Virus record (IMG/VR): IMGVR_UViG_3300031857_023573
Location: 64,001 to 128,000 of that record
Reading direction: 5' to 3' (one strand)
DNA from: a virus
Taxonomy: Duplodnaviria; Caudoviricetes
DNA length: 64,000 bases
In this document: positions 49,153 to 57,962 of the stretch, piece by piece
Layout of the letters: the number at the start of each line of letters is the position of its first letter
How positions within the stretch are numbered: the stretch's first letter is position 1
Notes under the pieces: generated by a model
What the model was told of the DNA's origin: nothing
Seen by the model: only the letters and a program-made list of their open reading frames with translations
The model's database searches: none
Translations under genes and position numbers: made by a program

Positions 49153-50268
49153 ATGTTAGAATTAGAAGTAGAAACACAAGAAATTGTTGAAAATGAAACG
49201 GACTTTTGGACCCGACTAGAATATGAAGAAGCCAAAAGACGTGGTAAAAAAGTAAAAACAACTGATCCAGAGTTATTGAGACTTGAAAAAATATATGATG
49301 AATTTATTTATCAAATCCCAGTAAAGAATTCAATCGTCAACGCGAAGTATGAAGGCGTGATATCAAATCAACACTGTTTTTCAGTTGTTGGATATAAAGA
49401 CTATATTCGAGTTGAAGAAAGGGCATCTGAAAGTAAGTATTTGAAAAATACTAATGAAGGAGACATGATTGACGTTTTGATTACACATGTTAATAATGAT
49501 ATCTTTATGATTGAAGGTTCAATTGCGAATATTTACGAAAATGCAGCACACCTATCACTCAAGTCACTTGATGAAGATGTGGTTATTATGGCAAATGTGA
49601 AGTCAATAAATCCAGCTGGATATGATATTGAAATCGTACACGAAGGAATTACACTTCCTGGTTTTATGCCAAACACACTTGCAGGTATAAATAAACTTTA
49701 TGATCCAGATTCAATCGTTGGTAAAACATTTGAAGTTATGGTTGAATCTTTCTCAAAAGAAGAAGGTACTTATATTGTAAGTCGTCGTAAATATTTGAGA
49801 ACCTTAATCGCAGATGCTATTGACTCACTTAATCGTGATGAAGTTTACACAGGTCACGTAACCGGGACAACTCCTTTTGGAATCTTTGTTGAATTCAATG
49901 AGTGTTTGACTGGTATGATCCACAAGGCTAATGTTCTTGAAGAATGGCAAGACCGACTCTCTGAAATTAAACCAGGTACTCAAATACAGTTTTATGTAAA
50001 AGAAATTGTAAAAGAGAAAATTATCCTGACTCAAATTCTAAGAGAAACCCTTTGGGACACTATTAAAAACGGTCAAGTACTTGATGGCATGGTACGAGAT
50101 ATCAAACAATTTGGTGTACTTGTATCGCTAGATCAGGAAACTATGGGACTTATTCACACATCAGAGCTTGAAAGACTTGGTAAGAAATTCCAAGACAAAC
50201 AAGAACTAAAAGTTAAAGTTCTGGCAGTAGACCGTCAAAATAGAAAGATTTTCTTGACAGTCGCCTAA
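49153..50268 (+). CDS. rpsA: Ribosomal protein bS1-like protein (about four S1 domains)
   Basis: GFMP, IVSRRKYL, GHVTGTTPFGIFVE, GMIH, GMVRDIKQFGVLV, GLIHTSEL, VKVLAVD. Confidence 0.82.
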   Translation: MLELEVETQEIVENETDFWTRLEYEEAKRRGKKVKTTDPELLRLEKIYDEFIYQIPVKNSIVNAKYEGVISNQHCFSVVGYKDYIRVEERASESKYLKNTNEGDMIDVLITHVNNDIFMIEGSIANIYENAAHLSLKSLDEDVVIMANVKSINPAGYDIEIVHEGITLPGFMPNTLAGINKLYDPDSIVGKTFEVMVESFSKEEGTYIVSRRKYLRTLIADAIDSLNRDEVYTGHVTGTTPFGIFVEFNECLTGMIHKANVLEEWQDRLSEIKPGTQIQFYVKEIVKEKIILTQILRETLWDTIKNGQVLDGMVRDIKQFGVLVSLDQETMGLIHTSELERLGKKFQDKQELKVKVLAVDRQNRKIFLTVA

Positions 50269-50286
50269 TCACAGTTAAGTAAAAAT

Positions 50287-50316
50287 AAAAAAACCAGTCA
50301 TATGACTGGTTTTTTT
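50287..50316. terminator. Bidirectional terminator between convergent genes
   Basis: Palindrome aaaaaaaccagtcatatgactggttttttt. Confidence 0.88.
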
Positions 50317-50317
50317 A

Positions 50318-50482
50318 TTAAAATTCAATTTTTGAATTCTTTCTGGAATATGTTTTTTTACTTTTAAAAGTCTGATTTTTAAAAATATTATATTTACCAC
50401 AGGCAATCAATTCAGATCTGTGACGAGATTTTTCTGACTTAATAATTTGTTGTTTTGATATTGTAATTTTAGAAGCAGTCAT
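50318..50482 (-). CDS. Small basic protein, ArfA-like C-terminus
   Basis: 54 aa; IFKNQTFKSKKTYSRKNSK; own TATATTTG promoter. Confidence 0.5.
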   Translation of the reverse strand: MTASKITISKQQIIKSEKSRHRSELIACGKYNIFKNQTFKSKKTYSRKNSKIEF

Positions 50483-50504
50483 TTTATACTTGTAATTTAT
50501 TTTA

Positions 50505-50536
50505 CAAATATAAAGAAGAAACAATAAAAGTACAAA
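50505..50536 (-). promoter_or_regulatory. Bacteroidota-type promoter (TTTG-N20-TATATTTG)
   Basis: Both elements upstream of the ArfA-like ORF. Confidence 0.7.
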
Positions 50537-50542
50537 TAATTT

Positions 50543-51142
50543 CTAAATCAGACTACTTGGTAGATAAAGTAAAGTTGGATTTTTCTTCTGTATTTCTACA
50601 TCAGAAAACTCTTTGTGAAATTCTAAAACATCAAATCTTTTTGTAATTAGATGATATCCATTTTTTGTTGGTATAATTTCCTCGATTTTATCACCAACTG
50701 GTCTTAGACTTTTGATAAAAGACTTTACATCTTCTAATTTAGAAATATCTTTTGAATCTATATCAACAACCCATCTTTTTTCATGTGTTTTAAGTTGACC
50801 AACTACTGAATCGAAAAGATGGTTTTGAATATGTTGACCATTTTTAATTCTTTGAGCAAGAGTGATCATCATTTCAAGTGAAACATCCTTATGATTTTGT
50901 TTTTGAACGTGTATGTAAGCTCTTGCTTTGAATATCTCACATAAAGATTTAATCTCTTCATATCGATGGTTTAGATACTCGGCACTCTCAATACAATAAG
51001 TTTTTATTGTTCTAACAGATTGATGATTGTGTCTTTCAATTTCGGGCTGATCCTTTTTTCTTTTGAGAATAAAGAGCATATAAAAGTCATCTTCTTTTTC
51101 AAAGTTTAAAAGTGGTTTTATTATTTCTAAATTATCAATCAT
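50543..51142 (-). CDS. AEP (primase-polymerase) superfamily-like protein
   Basis: WVVDID and TKNGYH motifs. Confidence 0.55.
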   Translation of the reverse strand: MIDNLEIIKPLLNFEKEDDFYMLFILKRKKDQPEIERHNHQSVRTIKTYCIESAEYLNHRYEEIKSLCEIFKARAYIHVQKQNHKDVSLEMMITLAQRIKNGQHIQNHLFDSVVGQLKTHEKRWVVDIDSKDISKLEDVKSFIKSLRPVGDKIEEIIPTKNGYHLITKRFDVLEFHKEFSDVEIQKKNPTLLYLPSSLI

Positions 51143-51834
51143 TTAAGGCTATTTTCGTACATTTTTAGTACTTCAGATAATGGTAATTGTAAGATATTTT
51201 CAAAATCTGATTTTTTGAGAGACTGAGTTTTGTTTTTAGCAATGCCCCAATCAACTACATCTAATTGGTGTCGATAGGGATCAATTATAGATTTAGCAAT
51301 TGTCTCAACAAGAATCTTGACTTGATTATTTTCTTTCTCAAATTTTCTAACAAAATCAACTGAAAACTTCTCAGGAGTATCAAAAATACTTGAAAGAGCA
51401 ATTTCTCTAATTTCTTGGATAGTTAGTCTTCTGAAAGACCAATTGGTGAATCTTATTGACCTTCCATATCCTTCTAGATTAATCATCGCGTTCCAACTAG
51501 ATGATTCTATAATTTTAGATACTCGATATTTTGCACCCTTTAATAGATACTTGTAACTGTCAACATTACAGACTACAATGTCTCCAACTTTTAAATCTTC
51601 ACAATTAAATCTTTCAACCACATTTGATACAGATTCTTGATTCACATAGTTAATTTGTGGCAAAGGTTTTCCATCTACATCAGTGAAGTCTCGACATAAG
51701 TAGTTACCAAAACCTTTAATTTTAATACGATTTATGGTCCATCTTTGGCCAACAGTAGTGTTGTTGAAAGAATCGGCGATATATTCACCTCCTTTCAAAA
51801 GTTTTTTACTTGATTTTTTACTTATTACTTTCAT
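51139..51834 (-). CDS. Hypothetical protein with SH3-like segments
   Basis: LKVGDIVVC...LLKGAKYRV. Confidence 0.55.
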   Translation of the reverse strand: MKVISKKSSKKLLKGGEYIADSFNNTTVGQRWTINRIKIKGFGNYLCRDFTDVDGKPLPQINYVNQESVSNVVERFNCEDLKVGDIVVCNVDSYKYLLKGAKYRVSKIIESSSWNAMINLEGYGRSIRFTNWSFRRLTIQEIREIALSSIFDTPEKFSVDFVRKFEKENNQVKILVETIAKSIIDPYRHQLDVVDWGIAKNKTQSLKKSDFENILQLPLSEVLKMYENSLK

Positions 51835-51835
51835 A

Positions 51836-52507
51836 TTACATTAAGAATCTTAAATTATTTTGAATTAAACTATCTGTTATTAGTTCTTTATTTTTATCTA
51901 TATCTAGATTTCTTTTGGTGTTTAATTTACTGAGATAAAGATCAACGATTTTTTCATCCATATTATTGATTTGTTCAACAACATCTGGAGCGCTATCATA
52001 GTTATGAATTATATAGTGAGATTTATTATTTTTATCAAGATCTGACATTTCTTTACCTAAAAGATCCCAAATATATTCAACTCTCATACCAGTTTCATAC
52101 TTACAACGCATTGCTCTTTCCTCTTTTGGTGCAAAAACTGAGATCATTCTATCGAACTTCTTTTCCCACTTTCTTTCAAAAATAATTGAGCTCTCAAATA
52201 TAACATAAGCTGAGTATTTGTGTTTCTTTTTAAAAGATTCCCAAGCTTGAAAAAGTTCAAATTCAACTACATCTATTGTTCTATCAAAAATAGAATCACA
52301 AACAAAAGCATTTGGATCAAGAAAGCTATTCTTGTAAACAAAAGATCCAACATTTGACTTAATTGGCTCTTCTACATAGGTTCTAAAATTAAGAATAAAT
52401 TTTAGAACAGTATCTGCATCAAAAACTGGAATTTGTATTTGATTGAATATTTTAGCGACAGTAGATTTACCAGAATATCTAGAACCTGTTAATCCGATTT
52501 CCAACAT
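51836..52507 (-). CDS. coaE: Dephospho-CoA kinase-like protein
   Basis: IGLTG..YSGKSTV, VFDAD, ESSIIFE, VFAPKEER..R. Confidence 0.75.
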   Translation of the reverse strand: MLEIGLTGSRYSGKSTVAKIFNQIQIPVFDADTVLKFILNFRTYVEEPIKSNVGSFVYKNSFLDPNAFVCDSIFDRTIDVVEFELFQAWESFKKKHKYSAYVIFESSIIFERKWEKKFDRMISVFAPKEERAMRCKYETGMRVEYIWDLLGKEMSDLDKNNKSHYIIHNYDSAPDVVEQINNMDEKIVDLYLSKLNTKRNLDIDKNKELITDSLIQNNLRFLM

Positions 52508-52525
52508 ATTTTTATTTTATAAATA

Positions 52526-52558
52526 CAAAGATAAGAAGATTTTTTCAAAAAATCAAAT
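52526..52558 (-). promoter_or_regulatory. Bacteroidota-type promoter (TTTG-N21-TATCTTTG)
   Basis: Both -33 and -7 elements upstream of coaE. Confidence 0.7.
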
Positions 52559-52564
52559 ATTTTA

Positions 52565-53533
52565 GTGAATTATACGCCTCAGCAACTTGGATTTATTCTA
52601 TACAACAACCGATCAGTTGATGGTGTTGTTAAAAACTTCATTGATGAATCGATTAATCCTAATAAACTTATAGATATCGAAAAGAAGTTTGATTGGTGCA
52701 AATCACTTTATCAAAACACTGGGAAAATGGTCGAAGTAGATCTTAGTTTATTAAAATCTAATTCCGAAGATGAAATTATAATGCCTGAACAACTTAGCAG
52801 ACTTTCTGATTTTGTTAGTTTCAATATTGGTAAGTTTAATGAAAGTGAATTTAAATTTCTAAAAAATCGTGGAATTGGTGAGAATATAATAAATTCCTAT
52901 AATATATTAGGACTATCAAACTTTAAAAATATAGATGATTTAAAAACGATTGGTGCTACTTGTCATCCGGTATTAAATGGATTTTTACAAGATGGTATAA
53001 GCGAAGGTGGTATAGTTATACCACTTTTTAAAGGGGAAAATTTAATAAACTGTTCTATCAGGCGGATTTCTGACGTTGGTAAATTAAAATATACTTTAGC
53101 AGTCCCTGACTTACCAGTTTGGGGATTATCAGATATTGGTGAGTGTGAAAACATTTGGATTTGTGAAGGGTTGTTTGATATGTTTGCCTTAAAGTCACAA
53201 GGATTAAAGGCGGTCTCTCCTTCTTCTGCAATGTGGTCTGGAATACAGCTTTATCAATTATTAGAAAAAAAACCTCAAAGTATCACAATTTTCTGTGATA
53301 ATGACAGAGTTGGATTACAAACTGGTATTACTTTGTCTAAATTTTTCACACTATATAAAATTGATTCAAAAACTGTTCATTCAAAAATATGTAAAGATGC
53401 GAGTGAGCATTTTTTTGAAAAGAATCTAAATATAGATGATGTAGAAATAATTAAAATAACTAGAAAAATGATCGAAGAAAAAAATGATAACTCATTTGAC
53501 TTTTTAAAATACTTACAAAAACGAAAATTCTAG
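52565..53533 (+). CDS. TOPRIM-domain (primase-like) protein without N-terminal zinc-binding domain
   Basis: IWICEGLFD and IFCDND motifs; GTG start. Confidence 0.75.
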   Translation: MNYTPQQLGFILYNNRSVDGVVKNFIDESINPNKLIDIEKKFDWCKSLYQNTGKMVEVDLSLLKSNSEDEIIMPEQLSRLSDFVSFNIGKFNESEFKFLKNRGIGENIINSYNILGLSNFKNIDDLKTIGATCHPVLNGFLQDGISEGGIVIPLFKGENLINCSIRRISDVGKLKYTLAVPDLPVWGLSDIGECENIWICEGLFDMFALKSQGLKAVSPSSAMWSGIQLYQLLEKKPQSITIFCDNDRVGLQTGITLSKFFTLYKIDSKTVHSKICKDASEHFFEKNLNIDDVEIIKITRKMIEEKNDNSFDFLKYLQKRKF

Positions 53534-53547
53534 TTAATATATATTCT

Positions 53548-54096
53548 ATGAGTCATTTAAAAAGATTTTATGAATTTATAAATAATTCTGATTCAGATGA
53601 TATATTAGATATTTTACAAGATTTTGCAGAAACTAAACCAAATATTTGGAAGCATCAATTTGTAGAATATACTAATGACTTGCTAGTTGTTTATTTTGAT
53701 AATGTAGATAAAATGAACCGAATCAATTTTGATGAGATTGGGCAAAGACTAGAATCATTTGAATATAAATTAGTATCTTTTTTTGAACAGTCAAATGATT
53801 CAGTTTGGTTTTTGATTATGAGTGATGATCTATATTCTAAATATAGGCAAATGAATTTTAAATTCATCGAGGATTTTTTTAACGATAACAGAGAATTTGG
53901 ACATGAATTGATAGAATACACTACCGGTGACTGTATCGAAATAACTTCAACTGGTGATGAGGTAAACATCTGGTCAATTAGTGATGGTTATGTTGAAAAA
54001 GATTCAGAAAATAGAGTTTGTGCAAATATTTATTTACTCGAAGCACAGCATAGGATTTCTGGTATTATTAAATCTTTATCAGTTAGAGGATTTTAA
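53548..54096 (+). CDS. Acidic hypothetical protein, putative internal head protein
   Basis: MSHLKRFYEFINNS. Confidence 0.55.
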   Translation: MSHLKRFYEFINNSDSDDILDILQDFAETKPNIWKHQFVEYTNDLLVVYFDNVDKMNRINFDEIGQRLESFEYKLVSFFEQSNDSVWFLIMSDDLYSKYRQMNFKFIEDFFNDNREFGHELIEYTTGDCIEITSTGDEVNIWSISDGYVEKDSENRVCANIYLLEAQHRISGIIKSLSVRGF

Positions 54097-54106
54097 TATA
54101 TAAATT

Positions 54107-55072
54107 ATGAAAATCAAAGGGTATAATCAATTTATATTAGAAAATTTTAACTCAAGAAAGTTTGACTCAGATTTCAATGATTTTATGTTCATCTATCAAA
54201 ATGAGATAGTCCCTAAAATTGGTGAGGTAGAGATTTTTACTAACCATATGTTAGATGGTATTTTAGATGAAAATAAAAAGTCTATATTTCATAAGCTTAG
54301 AAAAAGCTTAATTGACGCGAGAAGTGAGTTTGTCGACTCTATAAAATCAGTTTCATATCATGCGGGTAGCTTTAGTAGTTTAGCGTCAAAAATAAATTCT
54401 AACCCAGATGAAGACGTTGAAGAAATGCAAAAGTTGTTAGACAGAGCTGGATTTACGTTAGAAACATTAAAAAAATTATTTAATCCGGTAGTTTCTGTTT
54501 TTACATCTGAAAGTTTTGCCAGATTTATAGAAATACACTCACTTGATGAGCAAAATGGTTATGTTGATATCTATCTTTATAAATTAAATGAGAAATTAGA
54601 CTTAAATACAACTGTTTGGTTAGGTGGTGCAGGCTGGGGAGATGCTCTTAATGATAATCCTGAAGAAGAATATGTTGTTAAATATTCATATGGATATCAC
54701 AAAACACCATATGGTAAGATGCTACTTGATCAGATGAATATATCGAAGGAATCATTTGTTGAGACAGCTTATCTTTATTTGAAAGATTGGATAATTGAAA
54801 ATGTTTCAGATGGGATTCTTAGAGATTTGAAAAAGATGACTCAAATTACTGTCGATATAGATTTAAAATTAGAACAATATATAGATTTAGATGATGATAG
54901 ATTTATAATAAGATATTCTGATCTTTGTGATGATTTTAACAAGATGACAGGTGATAAATATTCAAATAATATCAGTCCAGAATGGTTTAAAGAATCAATT
55001 TTAGCAAATATGTCTGTAATAAGACATCTAAACATACAGGATACAGGAGAGGAACTAATTTTTAATGAGTAA
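54107..55072 (+). CDS. Acidic hypothetical protein, putative internal head protein
   Basis: MKIKGYNQFILEN; AATATATA upstream. Confidence 0.6.
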   Translation: MKIKGYNQFILENFNSRKFDSDFNDFMFIYQNEIVPKIGEVEIFTNHMLDGILDENKKSIFHKLRKSLIDARSEFVDSIKSVSYHAGSFSSLASKINSNPDEDVEEMQKLLDRAGFTLETLKKLFNPVVSVFTSESFARFIEIHSLDEQNGYVDIYLYKLNEKLDLNTTVWLGGAGWGDALNDNPEEEYVVKYSYGYHKTPYGKMLLDQMNISKESFVETAYLYLKDWIIENVSDGILRDLKKMTQITVDIDLKLEQYIDLDDDRFIIRYSDLCDDFNKMTGDKYSNNISPEWFKESILANMSVIRHLNIQDTGEELIFNE

Positions 55073-55862
55073 AATAGCAGCCATATTAAGAGTTCTGACA
55101 TTCATTAATATAGAAATTATTGGAATGGTTATTTTCATGTTAGCTTCTATAATTTTTGGAATAATTTACACGATTAATACAATTGACTATATTGAGTATA
55201 TAGATAAGAAAATCATATCTAATTCAGAAAGTACAATCATACTCTCTAATAACATCAATAAATTAAATCTTATTGATCACACTATAATAAAAAAATCAAC
55301 TCAAGGTGAAGATATACAAAATAATCTAGTCGATTATTTAGCATATAGAGATAGTTTTTTATTAAACGATAGAGAAATTGTAAAATTTGATTCTCTCACA
55401 AATAAAAAAATTGAAATATCCAACAGAATATATCACCTGAATAGTCAACCTATTCATTTAGAAAAAAGAGAATTTGAACTGGTTGATCTCTCTTTAATAA
55501 AAAAAGAGAGTTTGAAAAAGTTAGAATTTTCTGATAAATTTTTGAAAATCACTATTTCTAAATACAAACATCAAATATCTGATGAAGTAAGATTTTTACT
55601 AATTCAATACAATAAATTATCTTATTTAGCCTCTCACTTACTTAATTTCAAAATAGAGCAGAATAATTCAAATAACATAAGATCACAAAAGATACTAGTA
55701 AATAATCTCAAATCTAGATTTATTAATTATATTATAACGATAATTGTTATTTTAATTTTGTTTTTGATAGTACTTATTTTCTTAGTACGTGATATTAAAG
55801 TAAAATCAAAAATTGAGAATAGAAACAAATATTTAATATCTCAACTTTTAAATAGAAAGTAG
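55065..55862 (+). CDS. Two-TM membrane protein with a helical extracytoplasmic domain
   Basis: Hydrophobic N- and C-terminal segments, short cytoplasmic tail. Confidence 0.65.
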   Translation: MSKIAAILRVLTFINIEIIGMVIFMLASIIFGIIYTINTIDYIEYIDKKIISNSESTIILSNNINKLNLIDHTIIKKSTQGEDIQNNLVDYLAYRDSFLLNDREIVKFDSLTNKKIEISNRIYHLNSQPIHLEKREFELVDLSLIKKESLKKLEFSDKFLKITISKYKHQISDEVRFLLIQYNKLSYLASHLLNFKIEQNNSNNIRSQKILVNNLKSRFINYIITIIVILILFLIVLIFLVRDIKVKSKIENRNKYLISQLLNRK

Positions 55863-55907
55863 GTAGTCTTTTGTGTAATATATAAATGTATAAAATTACA
55901 CGAAAAA

Positions 55908-57014
55908 ATGATTATAAATTTAAAATCTCAGTCAAATTTATCAGGCCTTTACGTTGTCTATGAAGGTTCAACTAATATAGAAAAAAAAGGAAACTTTGGG
56001 ATCAGCCATCTTATGGAACACTTAGTTTGCAAGACATTCTTCCATATGATTCAAGATTTTGATAGAGATGGTATTGAGTGGAACGCCTATACTTCATCAA
56101 ATGAAATTGTATTTTACATGACTGGTCTTGATGAAAAAATTGACAAGCATAAAAAGGAATACCTTGAAGCTTTACAAAGTTTTGATATTACAAAAGAGCA
56201 GTTCGAAAATGAGAAAAAAATCGTACTTCAAGAATATGAAGATACATTTAACGATCAGTCACAAGCACATCAACTAAATTTATGTAGAAAATTATTCGGA
56301 GACTACGACCCAATTGGTCTTAAAGAAGACTTAGAAAAACTAAAATTCATGGATTGCTTAAACTTCTATGAAATTCAGTATGCAAAGCCAACTAAAATAA
56401 TTAATGTTTCTAAAACTAAAAAACTAAAAAACTTAGATATTGACTTTAGTGAAAATATAATTGATAAGAAATTTGAATTCGGGAAACACGATGTTACTTT
56501 AGAATTAAACAATGACTTCAAAGACAAAACATCAATAATTTGTCTAAGTCCGTTTATTGAAGAAGATTTTGCCTATGTCCATTTCTTAAATGCTATGATC
56601 TCTTTAGGATTAAAATCACCATTGTATAACGAAATCAGAGAGAAAAGAGGCTTGGTATATTACATACATTGTTTTCAGTCTAGATATAACAAGCAAGGTA
56701 TAATTAGTATCGACACACAGACTTCTAATAAAAACTTTAATGGTGTGATAGATGGAATTGACACTGTTTTAAAAGATACAAAAAAGATATTAAACAAAGA
56801 TAGATTTGAATTGATAAAAGAGTATTATCTTGTTAGAAGAGAAAAAGAAGAGATTCTAAGATATAAAAATGTAAGTCAATGGATTCAACCAAAAGGTTGG
56901 TCAGTTTATGATATTTTAGATACTGTTACATTAAAAGATATTAAGAGAGTCTATGAGAAGTATTATGATTTTAGTAAATTTTATATTTCAAATGACAAAA
57001 AAGAATTCAAATAA
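55908..57014 (+). CDS. M16 family zinc peptidase
   Basis: HLMEH inverted zinc motif, NAYTS, EKKIVLQE, LYNEIREKRGLVY. Confidence 0.9.
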   Translation: MIINLKSQSNLSGLYVVYEGSTNIEKKGNFGISHLMEHLVCKTFFHMIQDFDRDGIEWNAYTSSNEIVFYMTGLDEKIDKHKKEYLEALQSFDITKEQFENEKKIVLQEYEDTFNDQSQAHQLNLCRKLFGDYDPIGLKEDLEKLKFMDCLNFYEIQYAKPTKIINVSKTKKLKNLDIDFSENIIDKKFEFGKHDVTLELNNDFKDKTSIICLSPFIEEDFAYVHFLNAMISLGLKSPLYNEIREKRGLVYYIHCFQSRYNKQGIISIDTQTSNKNFNGVIDGIDTVLKDTKKILNKDRFELIKEYYLVRREKEEILRYKNVSQWIQPKGWSVYDILDTVTLKDIKRVYEKYYDFSKFYISNDKKEFK

Positions 57015-57016
57015 AG

Positions 57017-57229
57017 ATGAATACAATTGAAGACGTTGTTCAACAAATTGGTAGAGAATACGTTGAAAAAAGAATGGAAATCGAAGGAATTTGGCAATTT
57101 GAATTTGATACCTCAAAGAATAGAAAATTGAAACAAGTTCAAATAGATGAAATAGATAGAATTTATAAAGAAAAGCTCAGAGAGCAAAAAATAGAACATA
57201 TTTTATATGATACCGTACTTAGGAAATAA
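57017..57229 (+). CDS. Small hypothetical protein
   Basis: 70 aa; ends LREQKIEHIL. Confidence 0.55.
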   Translation: MNTIEDVVQQIGREYVEKRMEIEGIWQFEFDTSKNRKLKQVQIDEIDRIYKEKLREQKIEHILYDTVLRK

Positions 57230-57959
57230 ATCACAACTGTCTGATTTTTTAAAACAATACGTTCCAAAAAATCCCAAAATTTGGGTTGAGCCTTTTGGTG
57301 GTGTTTTTGGCTTATTCTTCACTTTAGATCTTAAAGAATATCAAGATACGCAGTTTATCTATAACGATATAAACCCTTTGAACTGTGTACTATTTGAGAA
57401 TCTTAAAAAGAAAGAATTCTTGGATAAAGTTAAATCTACGAATGTAACTAAAGAGATTTTTTTAGATGCTTATAATAGTATTGTCAATCAAGAAGAAAAT
57501 AAAAAAGGTAAAAAGGTAATAAACGTATCAAATTCTGAACAAAGAGCACTAGCTTGGCTCATAATACTTTGTTGTGGTGATAGTAAGGAACTTATGACTA
57601 AAGAATTTAAAGGTAATTCAGCATTCGAAATTTTAAAATATAAATTACCTCGATATATTGACTACTTTAAAAGAATTCAAGTATCAAATATTGACTATAA
57701 AGAAGTTCTTAAACAACACGATAGTGAGGATACTTTTTTCTACTTAGATCCACCCTACGTTGGATTTGAGGATTATTACATCAATAGTAAATTCAAAGGT
57801 GAGTCTCATAATGAACTTTCTAAAGAAGTTAAAGACTTAAAAGGTAAGTGGTTACTAAGCTACTATAAGTTTGACAAACTAGAAGAGATGTATTCAAACT
57901 ATAAAATAGTAAGTCAGAGAGGTACTGTATCTGAAGAGTTTTTGATACTTGGTGTTTAA
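57207..57959 (+). CDS. dam: Dam-like N6-adenine DNA methyltransferase
   Basis: YLGNK, WVEPFGG, YNDIN, FYLDPPY. Confidence 0.88.
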   Translation: MIPYLGNKSQLSDFLKQYVPKNPKIWVEPFGGVFGLFFTLDLKEYQDTQFIYNDINPLNCVLFENLKKKEFLDKVKSTNVTKEIFLDAYNSIVNQEENKKGKKVINVSNSEQRALAWLIILCCGDSKELMTKEFKGNSAFEILKYKLPRYIDYFKRIQVSNIDYKEVLKQHDSEDTFFYLDPPYVGFEDYYINSKFKGESHNELSKEVKDLKGKWLLSYYKFDKLEEMYSNYKIVSQRGTVSEEFLILGV

Positions 57960-57962
57960 TTA

